Assembly: GCA_964035575.1 (NCBI GenBank)
Contig: OZ037844.1
Span: 744,001 to 808,000 of the forward strand
Reading direction: 5' to 3'
DNA length: 64,000 bases
DNA from: Rhynchopus sp. YZ270_cl-10
Lineage: Eukaryota
Below the pieces are notes generated by a model. It worked only from the letters and a program-made list of their open reading frames with translations, was not told the DNA's origin and searched no databases. Each line of letters begins with the position of its first letter. Within the stretch, counting starts at the first letter, position 1. A program made the position numbers and the translations under genes. This document shows, one piece after another, positions 46,186 to 56,561 of this stretch.

Positions 46186-47802
46186 AGTGTGTTTTTAGTT
46201 GCGAGGGTCACAAAAAAAAAGCCTTCTTTAGATTTACGTTATTTGTCTTTTTTATTGATGTGGACGTACGCTTGAGAAGGGTGTGTCTTGTTTTGTAGGG
46301 AAAATTATTATTTTTTTTCCGTGTGTATTATGGCCTGTGGTGCGCTCTAGTTTGAATAATAGAAGAAGAAGAAGAAGAATCGATAGAAAATGGTAAAGTA
46401 GGGTGGAAAGGGGGAGAGGGTTACTTTTTTTTTTAGTTCGAACAAAAAAAGCGACAAAAAAAAAAGTTGATAAGATGACCCTAAGCCTCTCATTGCTTAG
46501 CCATCTTGATCTTATTCGTTATCAAAAAAAAGGGTTGACTTGAAATACAAAGCCCTCTCGTGACCGTGTATGAGAAAAACAAAAAATGTGAAGATGCAAA
46601 CGTCTCTGTGGATGCAGGCATCAAAGAGGGGACGGAATATTTTAACAAATTTACAAAAAAAAAAAAACAAAACGTGGTAGGGTGGGGGGATGGAAGAGGA
46701 TATATTGTGAGGGAGAACAGAAGCTTCTTGTCTTCATGATAAGAAAGAAGGTGAAAGAAAAAAGGGGGAGAAAGTACCTGATTTTTTTACTCCGTCGCGT
46801 AGAGGACCGTATACGCACCTATACGCGGGGTATAAATCAGGTGGATGAAGCAGAAAACCCCTCAAGCAAATGAATGAGGCCAATCTGCAAATGACTATCA
46901 TACGGTATAGCTTGAGGTAAACCCCAACCAGGCAAGCCCGACATAAGGCCAGCTATATTAGCACCGTCCATAAGTAGTATTGCCGTAAGAAAAAACTACT
47001 TGTTATTTTTCCGGCTGGCCAGGGAAGAGATATTCCAGTGGGCGTCCATAATGAAGAACAAACATTCCTTCGATCTTTGCTGGGGGGGAGGTCTTAAGTG
47101 CAATGCCTCCTAAAATACTCGAGAGACTCGGTTCTCGTTGCTTGTTGCTCAAAAAGACTACGGGAGGGAGAGAAATAAAGATTGTTGGTTCGCTTCCATA
47201 ATAGCGTTTCTCTAAGAGGGAGTACTAAATTCCTTTGAAGCAGTGCGCAATGCCTCCGTGCAAAGCGTTTAATTGAAAGGGAAAAAAAGAGTGAATTTGA
47301 TAACTGTGCTAAGCAGACACCTCAAGGGGGGTGGATGCAGGACGTGAAAAAAATATATGTTTTCTGACACAAAAAGAGAAGTTTAGATAACGCACACTCT
47401 AGCAGGACTACCTGCGGACGCGGGGGGGAAACTGTTTTTTCTTTTCTTTCTTTGAAAACGTACTTTCATAAATAACCGAGTTTTTGCAAAACTTTTTTGT
47501 GGCTTTCGTTTCCGCTGTGTCACCCTATATATCTAGATGTGGCATGATGGTGAATAATTGGGACACAGGCACTGGTCCGTGGGGTGACGGGATGTTATAT
47601 ATTCCTTTCACTCAAAGTGAACCCGTATGTTATTTGTTTTTTTTTGTTTTTGTTTTTGAAAACTTGGTTGTATTAGCGTAGCCACCCTAGAGTGTGCTCC
47701 ACTATACTAAAAACTTTTACACCCCAGACGAGCGCGATGATGTGTTTTTGTTTTTGTTTTTGTTTTTGCTAAATTATCTACAACAAAACTAACCAACCCC
47801 CC

Positions 47803-47994
47803 TGAGTTTGCCTGAAATTTTGGTGGAGTTTGGTGGGGTTTATGTGCTCCGTCCGTCCAGTGGTGGGGTCAATGCCGAAATAGACAAATTCTCATCAATT
47901 TCCTAACACGTACCGATTAAATGAACCACCAGTTTATATGCCATCAACCTCCACTAAACGCCACCAAAGTTCAAAATCAGGTGGCAAAACCTCA
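47803..47994. repeat. Degenerate foldback element
   Basis: TGAGTTTGCCTGAAATTTTGGTGGAGTTTGGTGG is imperfectly mirrored at ~47946-47994; similar motif inside the 34651 MITE and at ~52259. Confidence 0.5.
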
Positions 47995-48014
47995 AAAATA
48001 ATTAAAAAAAATAA

Positions 48015-49199
48015 GGGTAGCACAATTAAAAATATTGTTTAGTGTCCTGCGCGCGAACAGATTTTTGGAAATCCAAAAAAAAAAAATAATTGGGACACAA
48101 CTACAAAAAAAAATAATTTTTATGGTTGGTAGGTTGAAGTCAGGACGGACGAAGTCTCGGAGGGCCCTAAGGGGGAAGGTAGGTAGGGCACTTCTGTCTG
48201 GGAAAAAGTGACCAGAAAAAAAAAAAATGTTGGGGTCCCGTGCTCCCAAATGTGCGAAATAAGCAAGAAATAAGCATTTTTGCGCACACGTGTATAAAAA
48301 AAATCCGCCTCCGGCGGGGTTCGTTTTCGAGGATTTTCAGAGATCTCACGTTATGAAGATTTCCTTAAGAAACCATTGAATCTCATATTTCAGAATAATA
48401 GTACCTTAGAGTGTTTTTGGACACACATGTGACCCCACCGTGGAGAGCAATCGGCTCGTGCAATCAAAAGAAAGTGGAGAAAAGGTACAAGAATAAAAAA
48501 AGTTGGGTACCGTGCGCCTGCGGCGCTGCCTGTTCCCTACCAGTTTCTACAGGCAAACACTTGCCCCCTTTACCTTACACTGACGGGTTTTGACCAAAAC
48601 CAAGAACTTGTCCATTTCGGCAAATTGACCCCACCACAGAACGGACGGATTCCGAAAATGCAAATGCCGGTGTTTTCGCGCATTTTCATGTTTCAAGACG
48701 TCAGGATCAGGGAGAGAAAATCTGGTTGTGGGATTTACCTTGGCCCTCTTTACCCTACATGGATTTTGACCAAAACCAAGAATTTAGCCATTTCGGCAAA
48801 GTGACCCCACCACAGTGCGGACGGATTCCGGAAATCCCAATCGCGGTATGTTTTCGGGCTGAAAACCCACTGTTTTTTCAGGGGAAAAAATTGCTTCCAA
48901 ATGTCGGAATTTTCCGAATTTTCCTGAAAATGACCCTTGTTTACGAGTATGGGTTCATATTTTGCGAAAATTTAAGTCACTAAAATTTTGTCCATTTTTC
49001 CGTATTCACCCCACCACAAGCCGGGATTGGCTCAGAAATGCAACAAAACGCCCCAGAGTTAGGAAATAGCCTGAAAAGAGGGCAAAATAGGTGAGGGAAA
49101 AATTATTTTTTTTTGACTAGTTATTTTTTTTTTGCGTGCGTGCGAACAGATTTTTGGGGAGCGGTGGGACACTAAACAAGGTTTTTAATTGTGCTACCC
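48015..49199. mobile_element. Non-autonomous PIF/Harbinger-type DNA transposon
   Basis: TAA-GGGTAGCACAATTAAAAATATTGTTTAGTGTCC ... GGACACTAAACAAGGTTTTTAATTGTGCTACCC-TAA: 33-bp TIR with 2 mismatches, TAA TSD, GGG termini, no transposase ORF. Confidence 0.85.
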
Positions 49200-49780
49200 T
49201 AATTTGACAAAATCACGATCTTGCTAAGACGTGATAAAGAGGGGATATGGAGGGGCGTGGGGATGGTACACGATGGTGAAAGCAAATAACTTGACTTTTG
49301 TGATTTTACTTCACCGCCATGTACCGTATAGTGCCGGCAACCTGGAGGTTCTGTACTCAATGTCAGGCGAAAAAGGGTTGGAATAAATATCACACTGCAG
49401 TTCTCTGGAAACGATAGGGGGGGAGAGACATACACAGACATTTCCATATTTCTCCCCCCCTTTTTCCTATTGAAGCCAATCCTTTTGTGAAGTTGAACCC
49501 AAATTAATTATCAATACTCGCAATAGAGAAAAAAAAATGAGAATTTTCAAAAAAAGTTGCAAATTTTGACAGTTTTCTGAGACAGTCGCGATAGAAACAA
49601 AGGTGTACTAAGCACATAAAAGGAAAACAAAAAAAACAAAATTAGATTCATAAAAAGAAAAGAAACAGAGAAAAGGAAAAGAGAGGTTCGCCAGATGAAC
49701 GTACGCCTAAAATCCTCAGCGTTTAGCCACCTTTATATTTTTTCGAAAGATTTGAAAAAGAAAGCTCCAGCTCCCTCTTA

Positions 49781-50226
49781 CTGGGGGGGGCCGAATAAAC
49801 GAGGTAATTCGAATAAAGCACGTACGTCGAATAAAGCACGCATTTGAAAAATGGGTTTTTTGCTTTTTTTTGCGTCGAATAAAGCACGTACGTGTTTTAT
49901 TCGACTTTTTGAACTTTTCCTGTGTTGTGACAAGGTAGTTCGTATTTTGTGAAAATTTAAGTCGCTGAAATTTTGTCCATTTTTCCGTATATCCCCCACC
50001 ACAAGCCGGGATTGGCTCGGAAATGCAGCAAAATCACCTCTTGGGCGAAAAAAAAATCGAAAAAAAAATTGTGACTGGAAAAACTTTCCAAAAAGTTCGA
50101 AAAGGCGAATAAAGCACGTACGTGCTTTATTCGCCTTTTCGAACTTTTTTTTTTTTTTAAACCTCAGGATCTGAAGTGTAGGGACGCCTAATAAAACACG
50201 TACGTGCTTTATTCGACCCCCCCCAG
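49781..50226. mobile_element. MITE with TA TSD and internal palindromes
   Basis: TA-CTGGGGGGGGCCGAATAAA ... TTTATTCGACCCCCCCCAG-TA; several full or half copies of the 28-bp palindrome CGAATAAAGCACGTACGTGCTTTATTCG. Confidence 0.85.
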
Positions 50227-50605
50227 TAAATCGTATGGTTATTTTATACAACAAAATCACCTTTTTTTAACACAACACAAGTTGTTCACACATGCCAACT
50301 TGCCCCCCCACCTTTTGAAGTGCAGACCTTCTATCCTTTCTTGGGACACAAAATGAGTCGTCCGCCCCCACCCCTTTGTGGGCAATGTCTTTCATAATAG
50401 TCCTTGAACAGCTATGGCAATATGCCCTACGAAGGAGGATTGCCGAAAGGGAAAGCGTGAACATTCCGCTACCTGAATGCAGAGAATGAGTGGTAACACA
50501 TTCGCTATCCTGTTGACCATTTCCACTGGCCCCAGATGAGGTGAAAGAGGAACCCCCTCCGACACGGTGAAGTGCATGCAGTTGGACAAAATAATATTGA
50601 GTGGT

Positions 50606-51517
50606 TGGTGTGACCACCCAAACCGATTCTCCGAGGTTCTTCCGTGGTTCTTCCGTAGGTACTCCGGTAAAGGGGGTATACTTTTTTTTTGTTGTTTTCG
50701 GTTTTCGCCACCCGGGGGGCTTCGAGACCTGGCAACCGCACACGTACCACACGTACCACACAGTATACACAGTATACACAGTATACACAGTACACAGTAT
50801 ACACAGTATACACAGTATACACAGTATACACAGTATACACAGTATACACAGTATACACAGTATACACAGTATACACAGTATACACAGTATACACAGTATA
50901 CACAGTATACACAGTATACACAGTATACACAGTATACACAGTATACACAGTATACACAGTATACACAGTATACACAGTATACACAGTATACAGTATACAC
51001 AGTATACACAGTATACACAGTATACAGTATACACAGTATACACAGTATACACAGTATACACAGTATACACAGTATACACAGTATACACAGTATACACAGT
51101 ATACACAGTATACACAGTATACACAGTATACACAGTATACACAGTATACACAGTATACACAGTATACACAGTATACACAGTATACACAGTATACACAGTA
51201 TACACAGTATACACAGTATACACAGTATACACAGTATACACAGTATACACAGTATACACAGTATACACAGTACACACTATATACGGGCGGTTCATTTTTT
51301 TTCAACGGATTTTTTCCGTTATTTTCGCGCGAATATGCCATTTTTGGCACGTTTCAACCAATACAAACCCGTGGTGACCTCTCTCAGTCAAATTTGTGGT
51401 CATTTCCCCCTTGTGCCAGAAACTGAGAACAACAAAAAAAAAGTATACCCCCTAGCAGTTCTCCGAGGTTCCTCCGTGGTTCTTCCGTGGGTTCTCCGTA
51501 CCCCTTGAATCACACCA
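50606..51517. mobile_element. Non-coding element carrying a 9-bp satellite between inverted repeats
   Basis: Inner ~40-bp IR 50671-50711 / 51413-51453 (AGGGGGTATACTTTTTTTTTGTTGTT...); TTC(T)TCCGTGG-type tandem repeats outside both arms; candidate ends TGGTGTGA / TCACACCA with flanks GTGGT / CTGGT. Confidence 0.6.
50759..51277. repeat. Tandem array (CACAGTATA)n, ~57 copies with a few 7-bp variants
   Basis: Directly visible 9-bp period. Confidence 0.98.
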
Positions 51518-52773
51518 CTGGTACTAAAACCACTTTAACCGAAACTTCCACCAAATTTTAGGGAAAATGATCAAGGTGTCTACTAAGATAGCAGCCACGA
51601 TTGTTTTTTTTTTTTGAAATCTTGGTTGTATTAGTGTAGCCACCCTAGAGTGTGCTCCACTATAATATTTTTTTTTTCCCCCACAGGATTCTTAAGAGAG
51701 GTGGAAGAAGAGGCGCTTTGGCTGTACAAAACAAAAAGTTGAGTTGAAATACAAAAGCTCTCTCGATGACAGTGTGCACCAACAAAAACACACAAAAGGA
51801 TACAAAAAAAAGAGAGGAGTTGACCGTGCAAACATCACACCTCACATATAAGCGGATACAGGCACTGGGGGGGAAAAGAAACGTTTATAAGATGACCCTA
51901 ATCCTTGCTTAGTCACCGTACAAAGAAGGGGTTGAAAGAGAAGGGATGAGTATGCCTCGTGTGCACACATCTTCACACACAAAAAAAATAAGAAATCTAA
52001 AAAAGAGAAGAATTTAGTTTTTATAAGATGAGCTAAAAGCCTCTCGAGCTTTCGTCACCTTTAAAAAAATAGTGAATTTGACATCATAATACCCGAAAAC
52101 GGCTTTGAGTATTGAAAACCCTCCTGAAACTGACCTGAACTGAACAAAAGAGTTGAAAGTGCAAAAAAAAAAAAGATGCCTGAACGTAAATCGGCGGACG
52201 CAGAGGCAACTGCGGGAACGAAATAAAATAAAATAACAAAAAACACATTTGGGCTAATTTTGCCTGAAATTTTGGTAGGAGTCGATTTAAAGAAAAGGTT
52301 ATAAGATAATCCTAAGCCTCTCGTGCTTAGTCTGATTAGATTACTTCATGTTTTGAACATTGGTTTTCATTCAATCAATCTTCTCGTGTTTAGTCACCTT
52401 TAAAAACATTACAAACTCCACCTAAATTCCAAGCAAAAAAAAACAGGATTTTTTTTTTGGGTACGAGCATTGCTACGAAACAACAAATTGGTTTCCCCCC
52501 CTTTTTTTTTTTCGACTGCCCATTTTTTATCATCATCCACAATCACCCCTGATCTACGACGGGTACAACAAAGTCTCCCGGTAAAACAGAGGATTTTTTT
52601 TTGAAGAATGATTGTAGTAGCGTAGCTTACCACCTATGCAAGCACCACTGTGTTTATTTTATTTTTGAAAATCATTTTTTTTTTTTGAAAATCTAGGAAA
52701 GTTTTTGACAGCGAAAAAAAAAAGGGGGCGGAACACGTATTCTTCTCTCCACCCCCTCCATCCCTCCCCCGCT

Positions 52774-54165
52774 CTATTTCCACCTCAAATCGCCCTTCTG
52801 CTTCATCAGCGCAAGAGTATTTGGGGCAGCCTCAGCTAACAAGCTGTTCATGAAAGCACTGTCACTTCGCCCAGATGGCCCAAGGGGTGACCGTGATATC
52901 ACCACTGGCGCTGTTGTGACCGGCTCGCTGAATGTATCAAAGGATTTTTCATTAAAACTGGTTGTGCTTTGCGCTACACTCTCCTTCTTCATTGGTATGA
53001 TATCTACGGCCTCAGGCAACGCACCCCCTTGCCTATTATACGTCTGCTTGATGTACATGCCATTTATGGTATGCGCTTTTAGTTGGTCAACCTCTTCAGT
53101 TTTTGCGTTCAAAGCTGTCATCAGGAGCTCCCTTTCCTGCTCCCGTTCCCTTTGTTGGATAAGATACGATTCGAGCAGGGGGCTTGCACTAATTGACTCT
53201 CTCTTCTCTTTAGGTGGAGTGGTTTGTATTGGGTATCCTGCCGCTTCTGTTCTCGCATGCGCCTCCATTCTGTTCAACGCTGCTTTTAATCGAAGCACCT
53301 CTGCGTCACGTTCTTGCAAACGGCGTTCTAATTTTGCCACTTTGCTGTTCGCTGCTGCAAGACCTTGCGCTTCTGGTGATGCGCGAATCGTCATAGCATC
53401 ATGGTTATGTCTCCTCTGCTGTATCGGAGGCGGCTGCACATTCCATCCCTTTTGCCCCCCTCTGTTAGGCGCTACGGTATCCAAGGAATGTTCTAATTGA
53501 GCCATATGCGTATAAGATTGAGATAACTGCTCAAGAATTTCATCAACATGAAGCGCATCCGGTCGAAGCAGCAAATCCAATACAGCAGAACAAGAAGGAC
53601 ACCGCGCGCACACAAACGCATCCACATCCGCATCACACGGCCTCTTCGCCAGAAACACCGGCGTCTTCCTTGGCAACAGATTCCCCTCTCTATCCCGCAA
53701 CAACGTGCCCTCCTTCGGCGCCGACGCCCATTCCCCCGCTGTTCTAAAGTCCTTTCTCTCTCGTGGAATTCCTTGATAGTCTAGACGGCGTTCGGGTCCT
53801 CCACTACGTCCTCTCCGTTTAGGGCTGGAACGTACCCGAGGTACTTCAAACCTTGGTGGGGATTCTTGGATGGCAATTGGAAGCGGGGCGGGAATCGGTT
53901 GGGCTGGGGGAGGAGGAGGAGCGGGGGAACCTGCAGAAAGGGGCAAATCCCCGGGGGCTAGCCTTGCTGGCTTTGGATCGACCCCAACAGGCCACCTCGG
54001 GCGGGTCTCGAATTTGTAGTGCAGTGCCCGGTACATGTCCTCTTCGTACCCCGCGTATTTGTCAAGAAGCTTGACAAAAAAGGCCTCGCTCACATTGACC
54101 TGGCTCTTCTCGGCCCATTCAATGAGACAGCGGTAGAAAGGGTTGTTGTGGATGCTGTCTTGCAT
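52774..54165 (-). CDS. Hypothetical protein with Pro-rich linker and coiled coils
   Basis: Long intronless ORF. Likely start ATG 54165 (MQDSIHNNPFY) follows a pyrimidine tract; LLDKYAGYEEDMYRALHYKF helical motif, CARCPSC, heptad segments. Confidence 0.75.
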   Translation of the reverse strand: MQDSIHNNPFYRCLIEWAEKSQVNVSEAFFVKLLDKYAGYEEDMYRALHYKFETRPRWPVGVDPKPARLAPGDLPLSAGSPAPPPPPAQPIPAPLPIAIQESPPRFEVPRVRSSPKRRGRSGGPERRLDYQGIPRERKDFRTAGEWASAPKEGTLLRDREGNLLPRKTPVFLAKRPCDADVDAFVCARCPSCSAVLDLLLRPDALHVDEILEQLSQSYTHMAQLEHSLDTVAPNRGGQKGWNVQPPPIQQRRHNHDAMTIRASPEAQGLAAANSKVAKLERRLQERDAEVLRLKAALNRMEAHARTEAAGYPIQTTPPKEKRESISASPLLESYLIQQREREQERELLMTALNAKTEEVDQLKAHTINGMYIKQTYNRQGGALPEAVDIIPMKKESVAQSTTSFNEKSFDTFSEPVTTAPVVISRSPLGPSGRSDSAFMNSLLAEAAPNTLALMKQKGDLRWK

Positions 54166-54367
54166 TTTGAGGAGAAAACTAAAAGAGGAGGAAGGGGAAG
54201 GGGAAGGGGAGGGGAGAGAAGAAGATAAAGGCCCCCCTCTAGCCTGGCACACTCTGTGGGAGGTGTGCCGTTTTTGTGTATGCTGGAAGGTGGTGGTGGT
54301 GGTGATAGTGGTGCGAACGCGGCGGAAGAGGGAATCCTTCGACCAACAGCGATCAGAGGCGAAATGA

Positions 54368-54572
54368 TAAGACATGTGTTACTTATCTTTCATCTGCCAC
54401 ACACATCCGCATGGGGCCATATTCTGCGCAAGAATTACCCCTGCCCCTGCACTGTCGACACATGGCGCTGTGTCCGAGATGGCCAACCGCTCCCCGCTCT
54501 TCCCTGGAGACTGCAAGATTGACGAGCTGAGTTATCAACACACACATCCGCACCTGCTTTGACCCACATCTT
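54368..54572. other. Patchwork of ankyrin-gene and CDK-exon fragments
   Basis: 54446-54529 is an inverted, slightly deleted copy of the PSTALRE-CDK exon (~32553-32647), bracketed by ankyrin-family snippets at 54368-54411 and 54539-54572. Confidence 0.8.
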
Positions 54573-55193
54573 TGCACAATTTCGAGTTTTTTTTACGGTT
54601 AACTCTGAGGAACGAAAGAGAAGTTGAAAGCGCAAACGCCTCACCGTACACCAGCGGGACGCACTGTGGAAAAAGGTGGAGGGACTTATTTGTTTTTCTT
54701 TTTGGGCATCAAATTGCTTTTTTTCGCGCTTGGGGAATACTATCACTTTGTTCTTCCTTTTGGTAGAGGGTTAGCACTAAAATATAAAAGGTAAAGTTGG
54801 GGGGAAAGCATCGGTATTTCATCCCAAGACCAGCGCAGCAATCGGGGCCTTTTTTTTCTCCTCTTTTTGCCATTTTTTTTACACCAGTATTATTACTTTA
54901 CCACCCCAATTGGCTGACCCCAAAATAGCAGAATGTAGCAGAAAATAGCCCAAAAATAGCACCACCCTTCAGCCACACCAATGGTAAACTTCTCCCTTGA
55001 ACAAAAGAAACGTTTATAATAATATTATGAACGTCAAACCTCTCATCTTGCGCCACCTTCAAAAATATTTCAAAAAAAAAAGAAGAAGAGATCAGGTCTC
55101 CGTAATGGCAAGCCACTCCCAAAAAGAGAGAAAAGGCACCACGAAGCGAGGAAAGTCCCCCAAAAAATAAAATAAAAAATAAAAAAACACACA

Positions 55194-56561
55194 CTATCTA
55201 CCGGTACGATACTCAATGACCATTGCCGGATAGGCACAGTCTTGGCCTACTACACGCATGGTTTGGTCTTCAATTTTCATGTTTTGGCGTGCGACTAGAC
55301 AGAGGAGAATCCGCGCGACTTGCGTCTTCGCATCACGATACACAAACCCCCCATCTGAATAGGTCGCATTGAAGGCAAACCAGGTTCCAAAACTTGCCCC
55401 ACCGCTGATGCACTTGGACACCTTGAAGCCCCCGGTGCGGATGCTCTCCTCATTCTGCAGCGTCCTGCAGCCGTGGAACATCAGGTTATGCTTCACGTCT
55501 TTGGACTTCTTTTTAAACCCAAGATACTGCGTCTGACTGCACCACTGCGTGATGCTCATCACCGCGACCCCGCTTCCTCTGCCAATCAGCGTCAAGGCAA
55601 AGAAGTCTGCGACCGCTAGGTACAACGGATCGGTCTGTTTGATGGCGATAGTACTGTTCCCTCTCGCATGCCCTTCTAAGGTACGTTCTATGTGCGCCGA
55701 CACCATTTGCTCTATAGCCAGCATGCGGGGACGCTGTCTTATTCCATGCAAACCCGAATAGACGGACCCCTCAGCGTTGAACGGCCGCAACTTTCTCGGA
55801 AAGCCTGGTTTGTTTTGAAATTCTTCTTCTTCTGTGTAGAGGTTCTCCTTCTCCTGCTCCTGCTCCTTTCTCTTTTTCTCCTGATTCGCCCCCGCATGCG
55901 CAAGCTTGATTGCAGTAACCCGATCCTGCACCCTCGCATCCAACCCCGCAAGAAATGTCACCAGCTCCTCCCGCTGCAGCGCCGCCGCCATTCGTTTGTC
56001 GTCGTCACAGCTTCCATCTGAATACGGCACTTCCCCTGCATTGATAGCTTCCGCAGTAAAATGCCCTGCCAAGTGTTGACCTAATATGCGTACACTAACC
56101 CCCATCCCACAAACATCGCATGGAAACAATAAATCCGCATCGCTGTGCTCATCCGAAACGTCGACATCGGTGTTGAGAGTGGAGGGGGTAGGGGTGTCTT
56201 CATAATGCGATTCAAATGTTTCAGATGGGAGTTCGGATTTTTTCGCTTTTTCGGTAACATCAAAAGGAGCGGACCCACCACAGCAACCGCAGTCAAGCGT
56301 CTCTGAGGCAAAGTACTGAATATCACAGTCGTGGCAGACCCACTGTAGTGTGGAAGTGGGGAGGTCTTCCAGAGGGGTTGTTGGTGGGTTTGGGGCAGAT
56401 GGTGCGGTTGTGGTCAAAGGTGGGGTAGAGGGTGTTGTGGTGGTGGTGGTGACGGTGGTGGTCGGAATCTCGCGACTTCCAGTGGTGTACTTCCCGCAGA
56501 CCTGACAAACCAGATTCACCGTGTCATTGCAGGTATTGCAGTGTGCACACTGCCATGGCAT
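55194..56561 (-). CDS. Zinc-finger protein with C-terminal PARP/ART-like domain
   Basis: RanBP2-type WQCAHCNTCN..CQVC; second Cys4 finger; FPCDVCG..HLAGH (UBZ/C2H2-like); DDKRMAAALQREE (ubiquitin-binding-helix-like); LMFHGC..SIRTGGF..FGTWFA..YS..ILLCLVA..AYPAMVIEY. Confidence 0.8.
   Translation of the reverse strand: MPWQCAHCNTCNDTVNLVCQVCGKYTTGSREIPTTTVTTTTTTPSTPPLTTTAPSAPNPPTTPLEDLPTSTLQWVCHDCDIQYFASETLDCGCCGGSAPFDVTEKAKKSELPSETFESHYEDTPTPSTLNTDVDVSDEHSDADLLFPCDVCGMGVSVRILGQHLAGHFTAEAINAGEVPYSDGSCDDDKRMAAALQREELVTFLAGLDARVQDRVTAIKLAHAGANQEKKRKEQEQEKENLYTEEEEFQNKPGFPRKLRPFNAEGSVYSGLHGIRQRPRMLAIEQMVSAHIERTLEGHARGNSTIAIKQTDPLYLAVADFFALTLIGRGSGVAVMSITQWCSQTQYLGFKKKSKDVKHNLMFHGCRTLQNEESIRTGGFKVSKCISGGASFGTWFAFNATYSDGGFVYRDAKTQVARILLCLVARQNMKIEDQTMRVVGQDCAYPAMVIEYRTGR

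Noticed and set aside
46790..47330. Balanced-composition stretch that may be a decayed ORF
   Set aside because: Stops in the frames I read and no identifiable motif.
50267..51508. ORFs of repeating YTV/CIL/HSI/TQY
   Set aside because: Translations of the 9-bp satellite in all frames.
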